Part shown: positions 1-11,600 of the stretch, in pieces
Layout of the letters: each line of letters opens with the position of its first letter
How positions within the stretch are numbered: the first letter of the stretch is position 1
DNA from: Octopus sinensis
Taxonomy: Eukaryota
DNA length: 28,181 nucleotides
Direction of reading: 5' to 3'
Assembly (NCBI RefSeq): GCF_006345805.1
Contig: NW_021827517.1
Location: forward strand, 1-28,181
Notes under the pieces: model-generated
What the model saw: the letters and a program-made list of their open reading frames with translations, nothing else
Told to the model about the DNA's origin: nothing
Databases searched by the model: none
Made by a program: the position numbers and the translations under genes

Positions 1-1995
1 TGGAAGCAAGAGAAGCAATGCTTCCCTTAAAAATTATAAAAACAAGCTGTGCAAGCCATGTACAGGGACGCTGTAAGTAAGGTGAGGGTTGGCAACGAGT
101 ACAGTGAAGAATTCCAGGTAGAGGTAGGGGTCCACCAAGGTTCAGTCCTCAGCCCCCTCCTATTTATCATAGTCCTCCAGGCAATAACAGAGGAATTCAA
201 GACAGGATACCCCTGGGAGCTCCTCTATGCGGATGATCTTGCTCTAATTGCTGAGTCACTATAAGAACTAGAGAAGAAGTTGCAAGTATGGAAACAAAGA
301 TTAGAATTGAAAGGCCTTAGAGTTAACATAGCTAAAACCAAAGTCCTAACAAGTAGGAAGGCAGGCAAACCACAAATCCCTTCAGGCAGATGGCCCTGCT
401 CAATCTGTAGAAAAGGTGTAGGTAGAAACTCTCTAAGATGTACCCAGTGTAAGCTATGGACACATAAGAGGTGCAGCAATATCAAAGGAAGGCTAACTGG
501 GAAGATAGTTTTTATATGTGGCGGATGCTCAGGAGCAATAAACACTGAAAATGTGCAGAGAACAACTTCCGCCACATTCTAGGGAGAAAAACTAGAAGTA
601 GTTGATAGCTTCCGTTACCTAGGTGACCAAGTCAGTTGTGGGGGAGGGTGCGCTGAAAGTGTAGCTGCTAGAATAAGAAAAGCCTGGGCAAAGTTCAGAG
701 AGCTCCTACTCCTAACATAGGGCCTCACGCTCAGAGTAAAAGGTAGACTGTATGACACATGTGTACAAACAGTCATGCTACATGGCAGTGAAACATGGGC
801 CGTGACTGCTGAGGACATGCGTAAGCTCACAAGGAATGAAGCCAGAATGCTCCGATGGATGTGTAATGTCAGTGTGCATACTTGACAGAGTATAAGAATT
901 TTGAGAGAAAAGTTGGACCTAAGAAGCATCAGATGTGGTTTGCAAGAGAGACAACTGAGCTGGTATGGTCATGTCACAAGAATGGATGAGGATAGCTGTG
1001 TGAAAAAGTATCACACCCTAGCAGTTGTGGGAACCTGTGGGAGAGGTAGACTCAGGAAGACCTGGGAATAGGTGGTGAAGCATGACCTTCGAACATTAGG
1101 CCTCACCAAGGCAATGACTAGTGACCGAGACCTTTGGAAATATGTAGTGTGTGAGAAGACCCAGCAAGCCAAGTAAGACCATAACCCATGGCCTATGCCA
1201 GGGGTGTAACCATCCTACTTATGTGTACCTTTCCTACATTGGACACTAAACTCTGCTTGCGAAGACCTGTTGAGGCAAATGAAATCGAAATCAAATCAAA
1301 TTCGCAAATTCGATAACTGGCATCCGTGCCAGTGAAGCGCTAAGAGCACCATCCGAGCGTGATCACTACCAGAGCAGCTGACTGGCTTACATGCCGGTGG
1401 CACATAAAAGGAACCATTCAAACGTGATCATTACCAATGTTGCCCTAGAAGTTAGATAGTGGTGGCCAACAGGACCACCTCCAACGAAACAAATAATGAG
1501 TGGTGTTCCACAGGGCACTGTCTTGGGGCTGCTGCTATTCATAGTGGCCTTCTCAGACATGCCCTCAGCTGCTCAGGTAGCCACCCTAGCTAGCTACGCA
1601 GGTGATATAAAAGTCACTCAGAGTATACAGAACCCTGGAAATGTTATGTGAGGAAAATAACATGCAGTTTAATGCAAAAATTTCCATGAAAAACATTTGA
1701 CCGAGGTCGATGCCAGTTCCACTGGACTGGCTCCTGTGCAGGTGGCACGTAAAAAAACACCATTTGAGTGTGGCCATTGCCAGTACTGCCAGATTGGCCC
1801 TTGTGTTGGTGGCACATAAAAGCACCCACTACACTCTCGGAGTGGTTGGCGTTAGGAACGGCACCCAGCTGTAGAAACTCTGCCAGATCAGATTGGAGCC
1901 TGGTGCAGCCATCTGGTTCACAAGTCGCAGTCAAATCGGCCAACCCATGCTAGCATGGGAAGCGGACGTTAAACGATGATGATTATGATGATGAT
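1..1995 (+). mobile_element. RTE-clade LINE, 3' half (decayed RT plus long 3' UTR ending in a (GAT)n tail); 5' part lies outside the window
   Basis: Reads GVHQGSVLSPLLFIIV...WELLYADDLALIAES...GLRVNIAKTKV...FRYLGD, with in-frame stops at 262-264 and 580-582. The coding region ends near 1176, followed by a hairpin-rich UTR and gatgatgattatgatgatgat at about 1975-1995. Confidence 0.92.
1446..1686 (+). repeat. 241-bp near-identical copy of CR1 RT sequence 2524-2764, inserted into the RTE 3' UTR
   Basis: Direct comparison by eye gives one mismatch in 241 nt (aacatgc vs aatatgc); offset 1078 bp. Confidence 0.93.
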
Positions 1996-2059
1996 GAAAA
2001 TCGAAACTATATTACTTATTTTTCATAAGATTGTTCTTCTCATGTTCTGTAAAATTAAT

Positions 2060-3550
2060 ATAAACTACATGACATCATAGGCTTCAGACTTTTATTGTTG
2101 GAATTAGCAAAACCACTACAGCTTCTATTTCAGAGAAACTGAAGGAGGGAATGATATGCCCTATTCATAAAGGAGGAAGCAGAGCAGATACTAAAAACAA
2201 CTATAGGCCTACCTCTCTGGCCTCATACAGAAGCGAAGTCATGGAATGCTTAGTCCAAAGGGAACTAATTGTATTTCTTGGAAAGAATGACTTGCTGACT
2301 GACACCCAAGATGGCTTTTGACCAGATAGAAGCTGCCTCATACAGCTCTTGCAGCACTATGACTGGGTGTTAAAGCAGCTGCTCGACAACTCAAATGTGG
2401 ACATGATATATCTCGACTTTGCAAAAGCCTTTGATTAAATGACCATGGTATGGTATATCACAAGCTGCATAATCTTGGCATACTTGGAAAACATGGAGTA
2501 TAGCTACATGACTTCCTAAAAGATAGAAGTTAGATAGTGGTGGCCAACAGGACCACCTCCAACGAAACAAATAATGAGTGGTGTTCCACAGGGCACTGTC
2601 TTGGGGCTGCTGCTATTCATAGTGGCCTTCTCAGACATGCCCTCAGCTGCTCAGGTAGCCACCCTAGCTAGCTACGCAGGTGATATAAAAGTCACTCAGA
2701 GTATACAGAACCCTGGAAATGTTATGTGAGGAAAATAATATGCAGTTTAATGCAAAAATTTCCAAGCCCTGTGCTACCAACACAGAAATCTAAAGACAGG
2801 ATACACAGGTCCAGGAGGAATTGCAACCCCTGAAACAAAATCAGTTTGTGACCTGGACATCGACATGAGTAATCTTTCCAGGTTCATATTACTAAGTTGG
2901 CAGGCTGGATCATTTTTAACTTTCAAAACAAGAGAAGAGGAAACCATGATGGTCTTCTGGAGCATTTGTCCTCAGACATTGAGATTATTGCTACCAACTA
3001 TGATCACATACAGCATAAAATTAATGGTGGAACTTGAAGCAATCCAGTGAAGATCATCTGTCTCAATGCGACATGTCAGCTAGTGGGAGAGACTGAAAAA
3101 GTCAAGACTCTACTCCCTTAAACAAAGGAAGGAAAGATATGTAGCAATATACATCTGGAAATTCCTAGGAGAATTTGTATCTAAGTGTGGTACTGTCACT
3201 TACACAAACGGCAGAACAGGGTGCCACTGCATATTACCCAAACCCCTAATATTGCCATCAGGATACCAGACCAGATACTGCAACAGCTTAGATTTCAGGA
3301 GCCCACAGCTCTTTAATATCCTTCCTCAAAGCATCAGAAACCTACATGAAGTGGATGTAGATGTCTTCAAAATAAAACTGGATCTCCTCCTGTCACGGGT
3401 TCCCGATGGAATTACCTCATGACAAGAAACGCAGATGAGGGCAGCAACATCATTCACCAAAAATTCACCACATATCAGAGGAGGTTTAGTGAAAGCATAG
3501 CAAAGTTAACCCACAGCAAACCAGAATGGCTGCAGCTACTGAGTTGTAAT
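2060..3550 (+). mobile_element. CR1/L2-group LINE, 5'-truncated RT region and 3' end, heavily decayed
   Basis: Reads ELAKPLQLLFQ..EKLKEGMICPIHKGGS..NYRP, YLDFAKAF, SGVPQGTVLG.LLF and a degenerate YAGD (for YADD). The 3' end is ccagaatggctgcagctactgagttg. The 5' boundary is approximate. Confidence 0.85.
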
Positions 3551-3624
3551 TAGTGAAGAAAAAAACGCATATATATACAGAAACATACATACATATATAG
3601 CCAACCATACAGATGCATGTACAC

Positions 3625-3860
3625 AAATGAGAGCTTTACATGCTATGTACAAAGGTGAATTGAACAATGTGAGAATCAATAATGTGTTCAACAACAAATT
3701 TGGCATGAAAGTAAGTATCCCTCAATGGTCAAGACTAAGCCCTCATCTATTCATCCTCATAAGCCATCGTAAAGGAATCTAAGCTTAGCTATCCACAAAA
3801 TCTCTTATATGCTTACAGCTGAATCTATAGCGGAATTAAAAGGAAAATCCAAGATTGGAA
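3625..3860 (+). pseudogene. Old, very degenerate RTE-like RT fragment
   Basis: ALHAMYKGELNNVRINNVFNNKFGMKVSIPQWSRLSPHLFILI parallels QAMYRDAVSKVRVGNEYSEEFQVEVGVHQGSVLSPLLFIIV at 52-170. Confidence 0.5.
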
Positions 3861-3977
3861 GGTAAGCATAGGACCAAGAGGCTTCAAAGAGAGAGAGATT
3901 ACATACATGCACGCATACACACACTCACACACAGAGGAACAAAGAAGAGAAAATAGGAGTAAATGAGCATTCCTTAC

Positions 3978-4050
3978 TTTCTCTAAAGATTGTGAAATGT
4001 CTTCAATTTTCCCTTTTGTAATTTTGATTCGATCTTCAAAACCATTTTGT
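3978..4050 (-). CDS. PRMT3: PRMT3 internal coding exon (73 nt; phase 2 in, phase 0 out)
   Basis: Bounded by ttacttcAG and GTaagga. Translates (Q)QNGFEDRIKITKGKIEDISQSLEK, matching the PRMT segment after motif post-I (recalled human PRMT3: [25 protein letters not shown]). Phase is compatible with exon 6619-6806. Confidence 0.88.
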
Positions 4051-4135
4051 CTGAAGTAAACAGTAAAAGTAAATCACATTTTTTAATACATTAACATAAA
4101 AAACATATAGATAAAAACACAATATGACCAAATAA

Positions 4136-4139
<4 letters not shown>

Positions 4140-4169
<30 letters not shown>
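4140..4169. repeat. (AT)n microsatellite
   Basis: Perfect AT run directly preceding the RTE endonuclease fragment. Confidence 0.95.
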
Positions 4170-4173
<4 letters not shown>

Positions 4174-5335
4174 CACTGAAAGGTAGGTCTAGTGAGATTG
4201 TAGAGATGCTTGAAAGGAGATGGGTTGATGTATGCTGCATACAAGAGGTAAGATGGAGAGGAGCTTCAGCTAGGGTCCTCACAGGCAGGGCACATAGGTA
4301 TAAAGTCTTCCGGTAAGGTAACATGGATGGTGTAGGGGGTGTTGGCATACTCCTCGCAGAGAAATGGGTTGATAAGGTCATAGAGGTTGTCAGGGTATGT
4401 GATAGAGTGTTTAAGCTCAGGCTGGTCCTACAGAACAGCACAGGTACAATTATCTCCACCATACGGGGCTACCAAATGATCAGAAGGACCACTTTTATGA
4501 TACCCTTTTACAGGCTACCTCAAAGACAAGTGGCAATGTCCTCATCTTTGTGGCTGGAGACTTTAATGGGCATGTTGGGCAGGAATTTGGTATCTTCACA
4601 GGGGTACACGGTGGCCATGGTATTGGCACCCGAAATGATGAAGGAACTAGGCTACTGGAATTTTGTGATGCATGTAACCTTTTAATCTGCAACACTAACT
4701 TCAGGAAGCCAGACAGCCACCTTATAACCTATCAATTATTTCATCCTCACCAGACAGCGGGATGCAGGGTTGTTCTTAAATATAAAGACCCGCCTGGGTG
4801 AAGAATGTACCCCCCAGCATAGGCTAGTGATTAGTGAGTTTAGGCTCAAAGCCAGAAGGATACCAAGAAGCAGACCAATCCAGAAAAGAAGGATTTGGAA
4901 GCTAAAGAACTCTTCACACAGTCAGAGATTTAGGGTTATCCTCATCAAGAAATTTGATGAGAGGGAGGAGGAGTTACAGACGTCGGACATAGAAGGTAGC
5001 TGGAAATTCATATGGGACAGCTTGCTGAGTGCCACAGACGAAGTCTGTGAATGGTGCAAAGTCCCTTCAAGACCTAGAGTTACATAGTGGTGGAATAGTA
5101 CGGTAGAGCAAAGAAACAGGCCTGGAAAGCTTAGAGAGATGAGGGTAGCAGGGAACTGTACAAGGTAACCAAAAGGTATACATAGCCATGGGCGAAGCAG
5201 AAAAGACATTTGCCAATGTCCAGCAACTTGAGGACCAAAGAACTGAGAAATTTCAGATTGCTAGACAGTGTGTGAGAGAAAATTGTGATGTCACAGGAGA
5301 GAAATGCGTCCGCATGGATGATGGTGCACTTGCTT
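4170..5335 (+). mobile_element. RTE-clade LINE fragment: AP-endonuclease domain and linker, decayed
   Basis: Reads GTLKGRSSEIVEMLERRWVDVCCIQEVRW, GVGGVGILLAEKW, MAGDFNGHVG..GIGTRNDEGTRLLEFC..NLLICNTNF and QHRLVISEF, with frameshifts and stops. It lies in the PRMT3 intron, antisense to the gene. Confidence 0.88.
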
Positions 5336-5506
5336 TTAGAACATGGTTGAGTCCATAAGATAGGATTTGACTACACCTCCATTTAAAGCACAGTTAAAGT
5401 TATCTTTTCATGGAAGAAGTTTTATGTTCCTATAGCCTGTGTTAATTCTGTAACCCTTTAAAATGGAAGATAAGAAAGTTCATTTTCAGCACTTGATGCT
5501 TTGGGA

Positions 5507-5554
5507 ACCAGACAAAACTTGCTGCAGCTCGGTTGGGATGTGTTACCCCACCCT
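5507..5554 (+). pseudogene. Tiny mariner transposase remnant
   Basis: 16 codons, TRQNLLQLGWDVLPHP, the segment that precedes the YSPDL motif in mariner transposases. Confidence 0.6.
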
Positions 5555-5880
5555 GCAGCAGTTTGGCCAAGCATAGAGGAAACACATACACACAGTGAAT
5601 TTTATAGCTATAGAAAGAAACTTATAGACAGGCTTTTACAGTCTTAACCCCCAAATTCTGTGTTGGGATGCAGTATATTGTGCTCAGTCCTGCTATGGCT
5701 ACATTGAGAATCAACAGAAAATGGACAGATTACATGGTCACACAAAAACACTATACATCACAAAATTTATCCCCACGTATTGCAGTGCAAAATATGGTCT
5801 CCAGTTAAGCAAAGGTTTTAAATATCTGGTAGCATAGATATAGTTGTTTGGTCATTGATCCACAAAAACGCACATACATA

Positions 5881-6482
5881 GGCGCAGGAGTGGCTGTGTG
5901 GTAAGTAGCTTGCTAACCAACCACATGGTTCCGGGTTCAGTCCCACTACGTGGCATCTTGGGCAAGTGTCTTCTGCTATAGCCCTGGGCCGACCAATGCC
6001 TTGTGAGTGGATTTGGTAGACGGAAACTGAAAGAAGCCTGTCATATATATGTGTATATATATCATCATCATCATCATCATCGTCCGCTTTCCATGCTAGC
6101 ATGGGTTGGACGGTTCAACTGGGGTCTGGGGAGCCCGATGGCTGCACCAGGCCAGTCAGATCTGGCAGTGTTTCTACAGCTGGATGCCCTTCCTAACGCC
6201 AACCACTCCGAGAGTGTAGTGGGTGATTTTATGTGCCACCGACACAGGTGCCAGACGAGGCTATATATATATGTATGTGTGTGTGTGTGCCTGTGTTTGT
6301 CCCGCTAGCATCGCTTGACAACCGATGCTGGTGTGTTTACGTCCCCATCACTTAGCGGTTCGGCAAAAGAGACCGATAGAATAAGTACTGGGCTTACAAA
6401 GAATAAGTACCGGGGTGGATTTGCTCGACTAAAGGCGGTGCTCCAGCATGGCTGCAGTCAAATGACTGAAACAAGTAAAAGA
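5881..6482 (+). mobile_element. tRNA-derived SINE (resembles octopus OR-type SINEs), interrupted by an RTE tail
   Basis: Head ggcgcaggagtggctgtgtggtaag with B-box-like gggttcagtccc, central (TA/TG)n, and tail ccagcatggctgcagtcaaatgactgaaacaagtaaaa. The same family occurs three more times in the window. Confidence 0.9.
6061..6262 (-). mobile_element. 5'-truncated RTE 3' tail inserted in the SINE's internal (TA)n
   Basis: Reverse complement of the 1800-1995 tail; the (ATC)n at 6061-6080 is the (GAT)n tail. Confidence 0.88.
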
Positions 6483-6617
6483 GTATACATATTATACACA
6501 CAAAGAAAAATATATATTACACGTGCATATAAAAAATATATCCAATACACATATAGGCACAACTCTTTTCAACAATAACAGCTGTTTCAACAATAACAAT
6601 CAATATACAACTACTCA

Positions 6618-6857
<240 letters not shown>

Positions 6858-7707
6858 CTATGTACTTGGGTTTGCATATATATGCATGTGTGTGCATTCA
6901 TATGTTTGTATGTAGGCATGCATCAATTGGAATGTGTGTGTATATATGCAGATATATTCTTTTCTGTAACAACTTTATGTACAACTGTATATATATATAC
7001 AATGCTTTTACTACAAGGTAGGTTAAATCTTTCACAGAATGCCTATATATTGATAGATTTATGAGATGCAGTAGCCCTTTGTCTCCTGCCCATTCTACTT
7101 ACCATTTCCTTTTTCTTCCTTTTTTACTTAACCTTGTTTGAAGCATTACTTCTTTCTATCTCCCATATCCCCTCTTCAGCTTCCTTCAAACCCATTCATT
7201 ACCTGCCCCAGACTTTTGACCCCTCACAGTACTTCTCTCTCATTGCTCCTTCAATTTTCATTTCTTCTTCAGTTTCTTGCGTACACTCAAACAAAAACAT
7301 TAATTTCTCTTTTTTCTTCACATACGAAGGCCCGAAACAGATCCTACACTTCTCATGCCAAGTGAACTCACCAAACACTTCTGTTGAATATTTACATCAT
7401 ATGATACATAACCTCATCACGAGATATTATACATCATCTGCATGGGATAATGAATATTAGAACAAGATACTGGATTGAGATGCTGAGTATTGAAATGAAA
7501 CATTTGAGAAATCTAGCCAGATATCTGTTTCATTGGTTTAGGCTGGAGGAGAAGACCATGGCCATAGTTATCACACAACAACCAAAGCTGATGACACTTA
7601 TACAGTCAATGTTCCCCTTGAACTGTCTTGAGAGACCAGCTAAGTCTTGGGATAGCGGTTAACGAGAATTCTCATATGCAGTTGGATAGTTAGATATCTG
7701 GGTTTAA

Positions 7708-8322
7708 CCTTTTAGAGTTTAAACTGGTCATATCCGGCCCAAATATTCTATATGTTTGATATTTAAACTGGCCATATCTAGCCTCTCACACCTAACCTAC
7801 ATTGACATTCTAAAAATAAACAATAGGCGCAGGAGTGGCTGTGTGGTAAGTAGCTTGTTCTGGGTTCAGTCCCACTGCGTGGCATCTTGGGCAAGTGTCT
7901 TCTGCTATAACTTCGGGCCGACCAATGCCTTGTGAGTGGATTTGGTAGACGTAAACTGAAAGAAGCCTGTCGTATATATGTATGTATGTGTATGTATATG
8001 TTTGTGTGTCTGTGTTTGTCCCTCTAGCATTGCTTGACAACAGATGCTGGTGTGTTTACGTCCCCGTCACTTAGCGGTTCGGCAAAAGAGGCCGATAGAA
8101 TAAGTACTGGGCTTACAAAGAATAAGTCCCGGGGTGGATTTGCTTGACTAAAGGCGGTGCTCCAGCATGGCCGCAGTCAAATGACTGAAACAAGTAAAAA
8201 AAAAAAAAAAAAGAGTAATCATATCATTGAAACCTCACAGCTATAACATAATGCATGATTAATTCAAAACAATTTGAGTGAAAAAGTATTACATTTAATA
8301 GAGAAATTTGAACACCAAAGGG
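7708..8322. mobile_element. piggyBac-like MITE (about 230 bp) with a SINE inserted
   Basis: TTAA at 7704-7707 and 8323-8326; termini ccttttag... and ...caaaggg are imperfect inverted repeats. Confidence 0.7.
7826..8212 (+). mobile_element. tRNA-derived SINE, near full length, A-rich tail
   Basis: Same head, body and tail as 5881-6482, with a short deletion in the head. Confidence 0.9.
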
Positions 8323-8460
8323 TTAACCTGAAATGTTGCCAGAAGTCAGCTTGAGATGCCCAGTACATATAGATATTAACACAAGCATTAGTTCACCTAC
8401 TGTGGCAACAAGTATTAAACCTCCTGGAGATTGTATTAAGCATTGGTTTTATGAAATCTT

Positions 8461-8873
8461 ACTCTTTTACTTGTTTCAGTCATTTGACTGCGGCCATGCT
8501 GGAGCACCACCTTTAGTCGAGCAAATCCACCCCGGGACTTATTCTTTGTAAGCCCAGTACTTATTCTATCGGTCTCTTTTGCCGAACCGCTAAGTTACGA
8601 GGACGTAAACACACCAGCATCAGTCGTCAAGCAATGCTAGGGGGACAAACACACACACAAACATATTCACACACATACATATATATATATATATATACAT
8701 ACATATATACGACAGGCTTCTTTCAGTTTCCATCTACCAAATCCACTCACAAGGCTCTGGTCGGCCGGAGGCTATAGTAGAAAACACTTGTCCAAGGTGC
8801 CACGCAGTGGGACTGAACCCGGAACCATGTGGTTGGTAAGCAAGCTACTTACAACACAGCCACTCCTGCGCCT
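8461..8873 (-). mobile_element. tRNA-derived SINE, full length
   Basis: Reverse complement of the same family, from actcttttacttgtttcag to cactcctgcgcct. Confidence 0.92.
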
Positions 8874-8992
8874 GTGGACAAATAAAGATACAATTCACAC
8901 ATTCTTAGTGAAACTTACATCTATTTTAAAATAATCAAAACTAAATATGACACAAATTACTTCAGTAGGTTAAATTGACATAGAGCAAAAAT

Positions 8993-9037
8993 AACCCATG
9001 CTAGCATGGAAAATGGGTGTTAAACGATGATGATGAT
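8993..9037 (+). mobile_element. Extreme 3' tip of the RTE element
   Basis: aacccatgctagcatggaaaatgggtgttaaacgatgatgatgat matches about 1943-1985. Confidence 0.75.
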
Positions 9038-9262
9038 TCAACTCATTAAGTCTTTCAATGAGTTATTTTTAATAAGATTATAATTTTCCAGGCGATTAAT
9101 CTCTTCTTGTATATTTAAAAGATGTAGATAGTTCTAGACTGGATTCAAATCAGGAAGCTTAGTTTCTAAATTAAAAGCAGGAATAAGCCAGGGCAAACCA
9201 ATAAAACAGACACTGGTTGGAATTCAGTCTGGGAGCAAGCATATATTGAAGAATAAGACACC

Positions 9263-9950
9263 TGATGATGATAATGATTACCATCATTTAGCATCTGCTC
9301 TCCATGCTAGCATGGGTTGGACGGTTCAACTGGGGTCTGGGAAGCCAGAAGGCTGCACCAGGCCCAGTCTGATCTGGGAATGTTTCTACAGCTGGATGCC
9401 CTTCCTAACACCATCCACACGTGAGTGTAGTGGGTGCATTTTACATGCTACTGGCAGAGAAGGCTGGCAACGGCCACAATCGGTTGGTGCTTTTTACGTG
9501 CCACCGGCACATGTATCATAACTACAATTTCCATTTGATTTTCATTTTCATGTTGATGTACTTGACTCAGTAGGTCAACAGGGGCCTGGGAAGCCAGAGG
9601 GCTGCACCAGGCCCAGTCTGATCTGGCAATGTTTCTACAGCTGGATGCCCTTCCTAACGCCAACCACTCCGTGAGTGTAGTCGGAGCTTTTTACGTGTCA
9701 CAGTCGGACGGTGGTTTTTACGTGCCACGGGCACAGGGGCCAGGCGAGGCTGGCAACGGCCACGATCGGATGGTGCTCTGCCACAGGCACAGGGACCAGG
9801 CGAGGCTGATGATGAAGATCATCATTTTATGTCCACTTTCCATGCTGGCATGGACAGGACACTTCAATAAGATTCAATGGGTTTGAGGTCCACATCTTCC
9901 TTCAATGTCTCATTTTTGGCATGGTTTCTATGGCTGAATGCCCTTCCTAA
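9263..9950 (-). mobile_element. Cluster of about three RTE 3' UTR/tail fragments
   Basis: Repeated reverse complements of the RTE tail at about 9263-9575, 9576-9807 and an older copy at 9808-9950. Confidence 0.8.
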
Positions 9951-10107
9951 ATTCAAGCACTTTAGGTATGAAGTGCTTTGGCCTTGCCAATTTCTGTTAA
10001 TGTGTGTGAGCAAATTTCGCTTTATGTGTATGGGGAGAGAGGGATGCTTGTGTCAATCAGGTTCAATTAATGCATTGTAATTTCGCACTCTTTCTCTCTC
10101 TCTACTT

Positions 10108-10453
10108 ACTCTTTTACTTGTTTCAGTCATTTGAATGCGGCCATGCTGGAGCACCGCCTTTAGTCAAGCAAATCAACCCCGGGACTTATTCTATCGGTCT
10201 CTTTTGCCGAACCGCTAAGTTACGGGGACGTAAACACACCAGCATCGGTTGTCAAGCAATGCTAGGGGGACAAACACACACACATATATATATACGACGG
10301 GCTTCTTTCAGTTTCCGTCTACCAAATCCACTCACAAGGCATTGGTCGGACCGGGGCTATAGCAGAAGACACTTGCCCAAGATGCCACGCAGTGGGACTG
10401 AACCCGGAACCATGTGGTTGGTTAGCAAGCTACTTACCACACAGCCACTCCTG
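10108..10453 (-). mobile_element. tRNA-derived SINE with a 22-bp internal deletion
   Basis: Same family. It lacks the segment between the two acttattct direct repeats seen in the copy at 8461-8873. Confidence 0.9.
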
Positions 10454-11479
10454 TCTGTATATTTCAATGGGTGCTGATGTGTTTGCCGCCTCCAGGGCCA
10501 AAAAGTATTATTGTGAAAACATTCAGCGTCCATATAAATAGGCAAAATTGCCAGGCACCCAAACAGCTGTGCCTAATCATCCCATTCCAGGTACTGGGTG
10601 CATTTTTCATGGCATCAACATTATAGAAGTTGCCTTACCTAAAGAGCTATGTCAGGCTCTGTATTGATGCTGTTTGGATCAATTACTAAATAATTAAGAG
10701 CTTACTGGGTGCTTTTTGTGGCACAAACATGGTTGAGGATTATCTTGTAGCTTGCAAAGAGAAACAGAGCACCCTCTGATGGAAGAGAATATATAGATTT
10801 ATTGTGAGAGGCTGATAACAAACAAAATAGTGTTAGTGGGAAAGTAACAGAGGCAGAGAGAAGGAAAATAAATATAGGTGTGAAGGGGAGGAGGAGGGAG
10901 AGGAGACAATGCGGTTAGGGTAATTCCCATTATGCCAAACCCATGACCTCTAAATACCCGGTGCACAAGAGCATGATGAAGGTAGTAGAAAGGCCATCTG
11001 TAGAGCATATCAATTTGAAAGGGCCCTATGTATGGAGAACTGTATGGTATGTAGGATGAAGCCACAGGTTAACGGTTAACTGTAACATTAGGAATGTAGT
11101 CTATAGCATATGTTCCTTGAGGACATTTTCTTCCATTTTTCCACCACCTAATTCCCCTTGGATCTTCTATACCATCTCATATTCTGATCCCTGTTCCTTG
11201 TGAGCATGCCCTGGCACTTCAACACCATTGTTCTCATGCTTTCTTCCACCATCCCTCTTTCACTTACTCTATCTCTTGGACTAGTTAACCATGTATCTCC
11301 TCTGCAGCAACACACTCATTACTGGCCTCGCTCTTGATCACTCTCCCTATCTGACCAGGTAACCCTATATCTCCTCTATAGCATGACACCTGTTTCTGTC
11401 TCTGTAATATGCTAACCTTTCATCATCTTGCACGAGATAACCTCCAATACCACAGCCCTTCTTAAAGGATCTTCATCTT

Positions 11480-11600
11480 GCAAGTTACCTGGTTACCCTG
11501 CCAATGCCAGTGCCTCATAAAAAGCATCCAGTCCACACTGGTTGGCACTGGGAAGGAGACCCAACTGTAAAAGAACCATGCCAAAACTGACCACCTTGCC
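11480..11600 (+). mobile_element. Old, diverged RTE-tail-like fragment
   Basis: gccagtgcctcataaaaagcatccagtccacactggttggcactgggaagg loosely parallels ggtggcacataaaagcacccactacactctcggagtggttggcgttagg at about 1808-1858. Confidence 0.4.

Noticed and set aside
1320-1830. HDV-like ribozyme or CRISPR-like array in the repeated ggtggcac.taaaa.gcacc units of the RTE 3' UTR
   Set aside because: The units are degenerate hairpin-containing UTR repeats. P1 and P2 of an HDV fold could not be paired, there is no repeat-spacer regularity or cas gene, and the DNA is eukaryotic.
7134-7460. Purine-rich minus-strand open stretch (STEVFGEFTWHEKCRICF...) as a possible PRMT3 exon
   Set aside because: It shows no similarity to PRMT3 sequence upstream of DKIRTE and has no convincing in-phase splice pair, so it is left unassigned.
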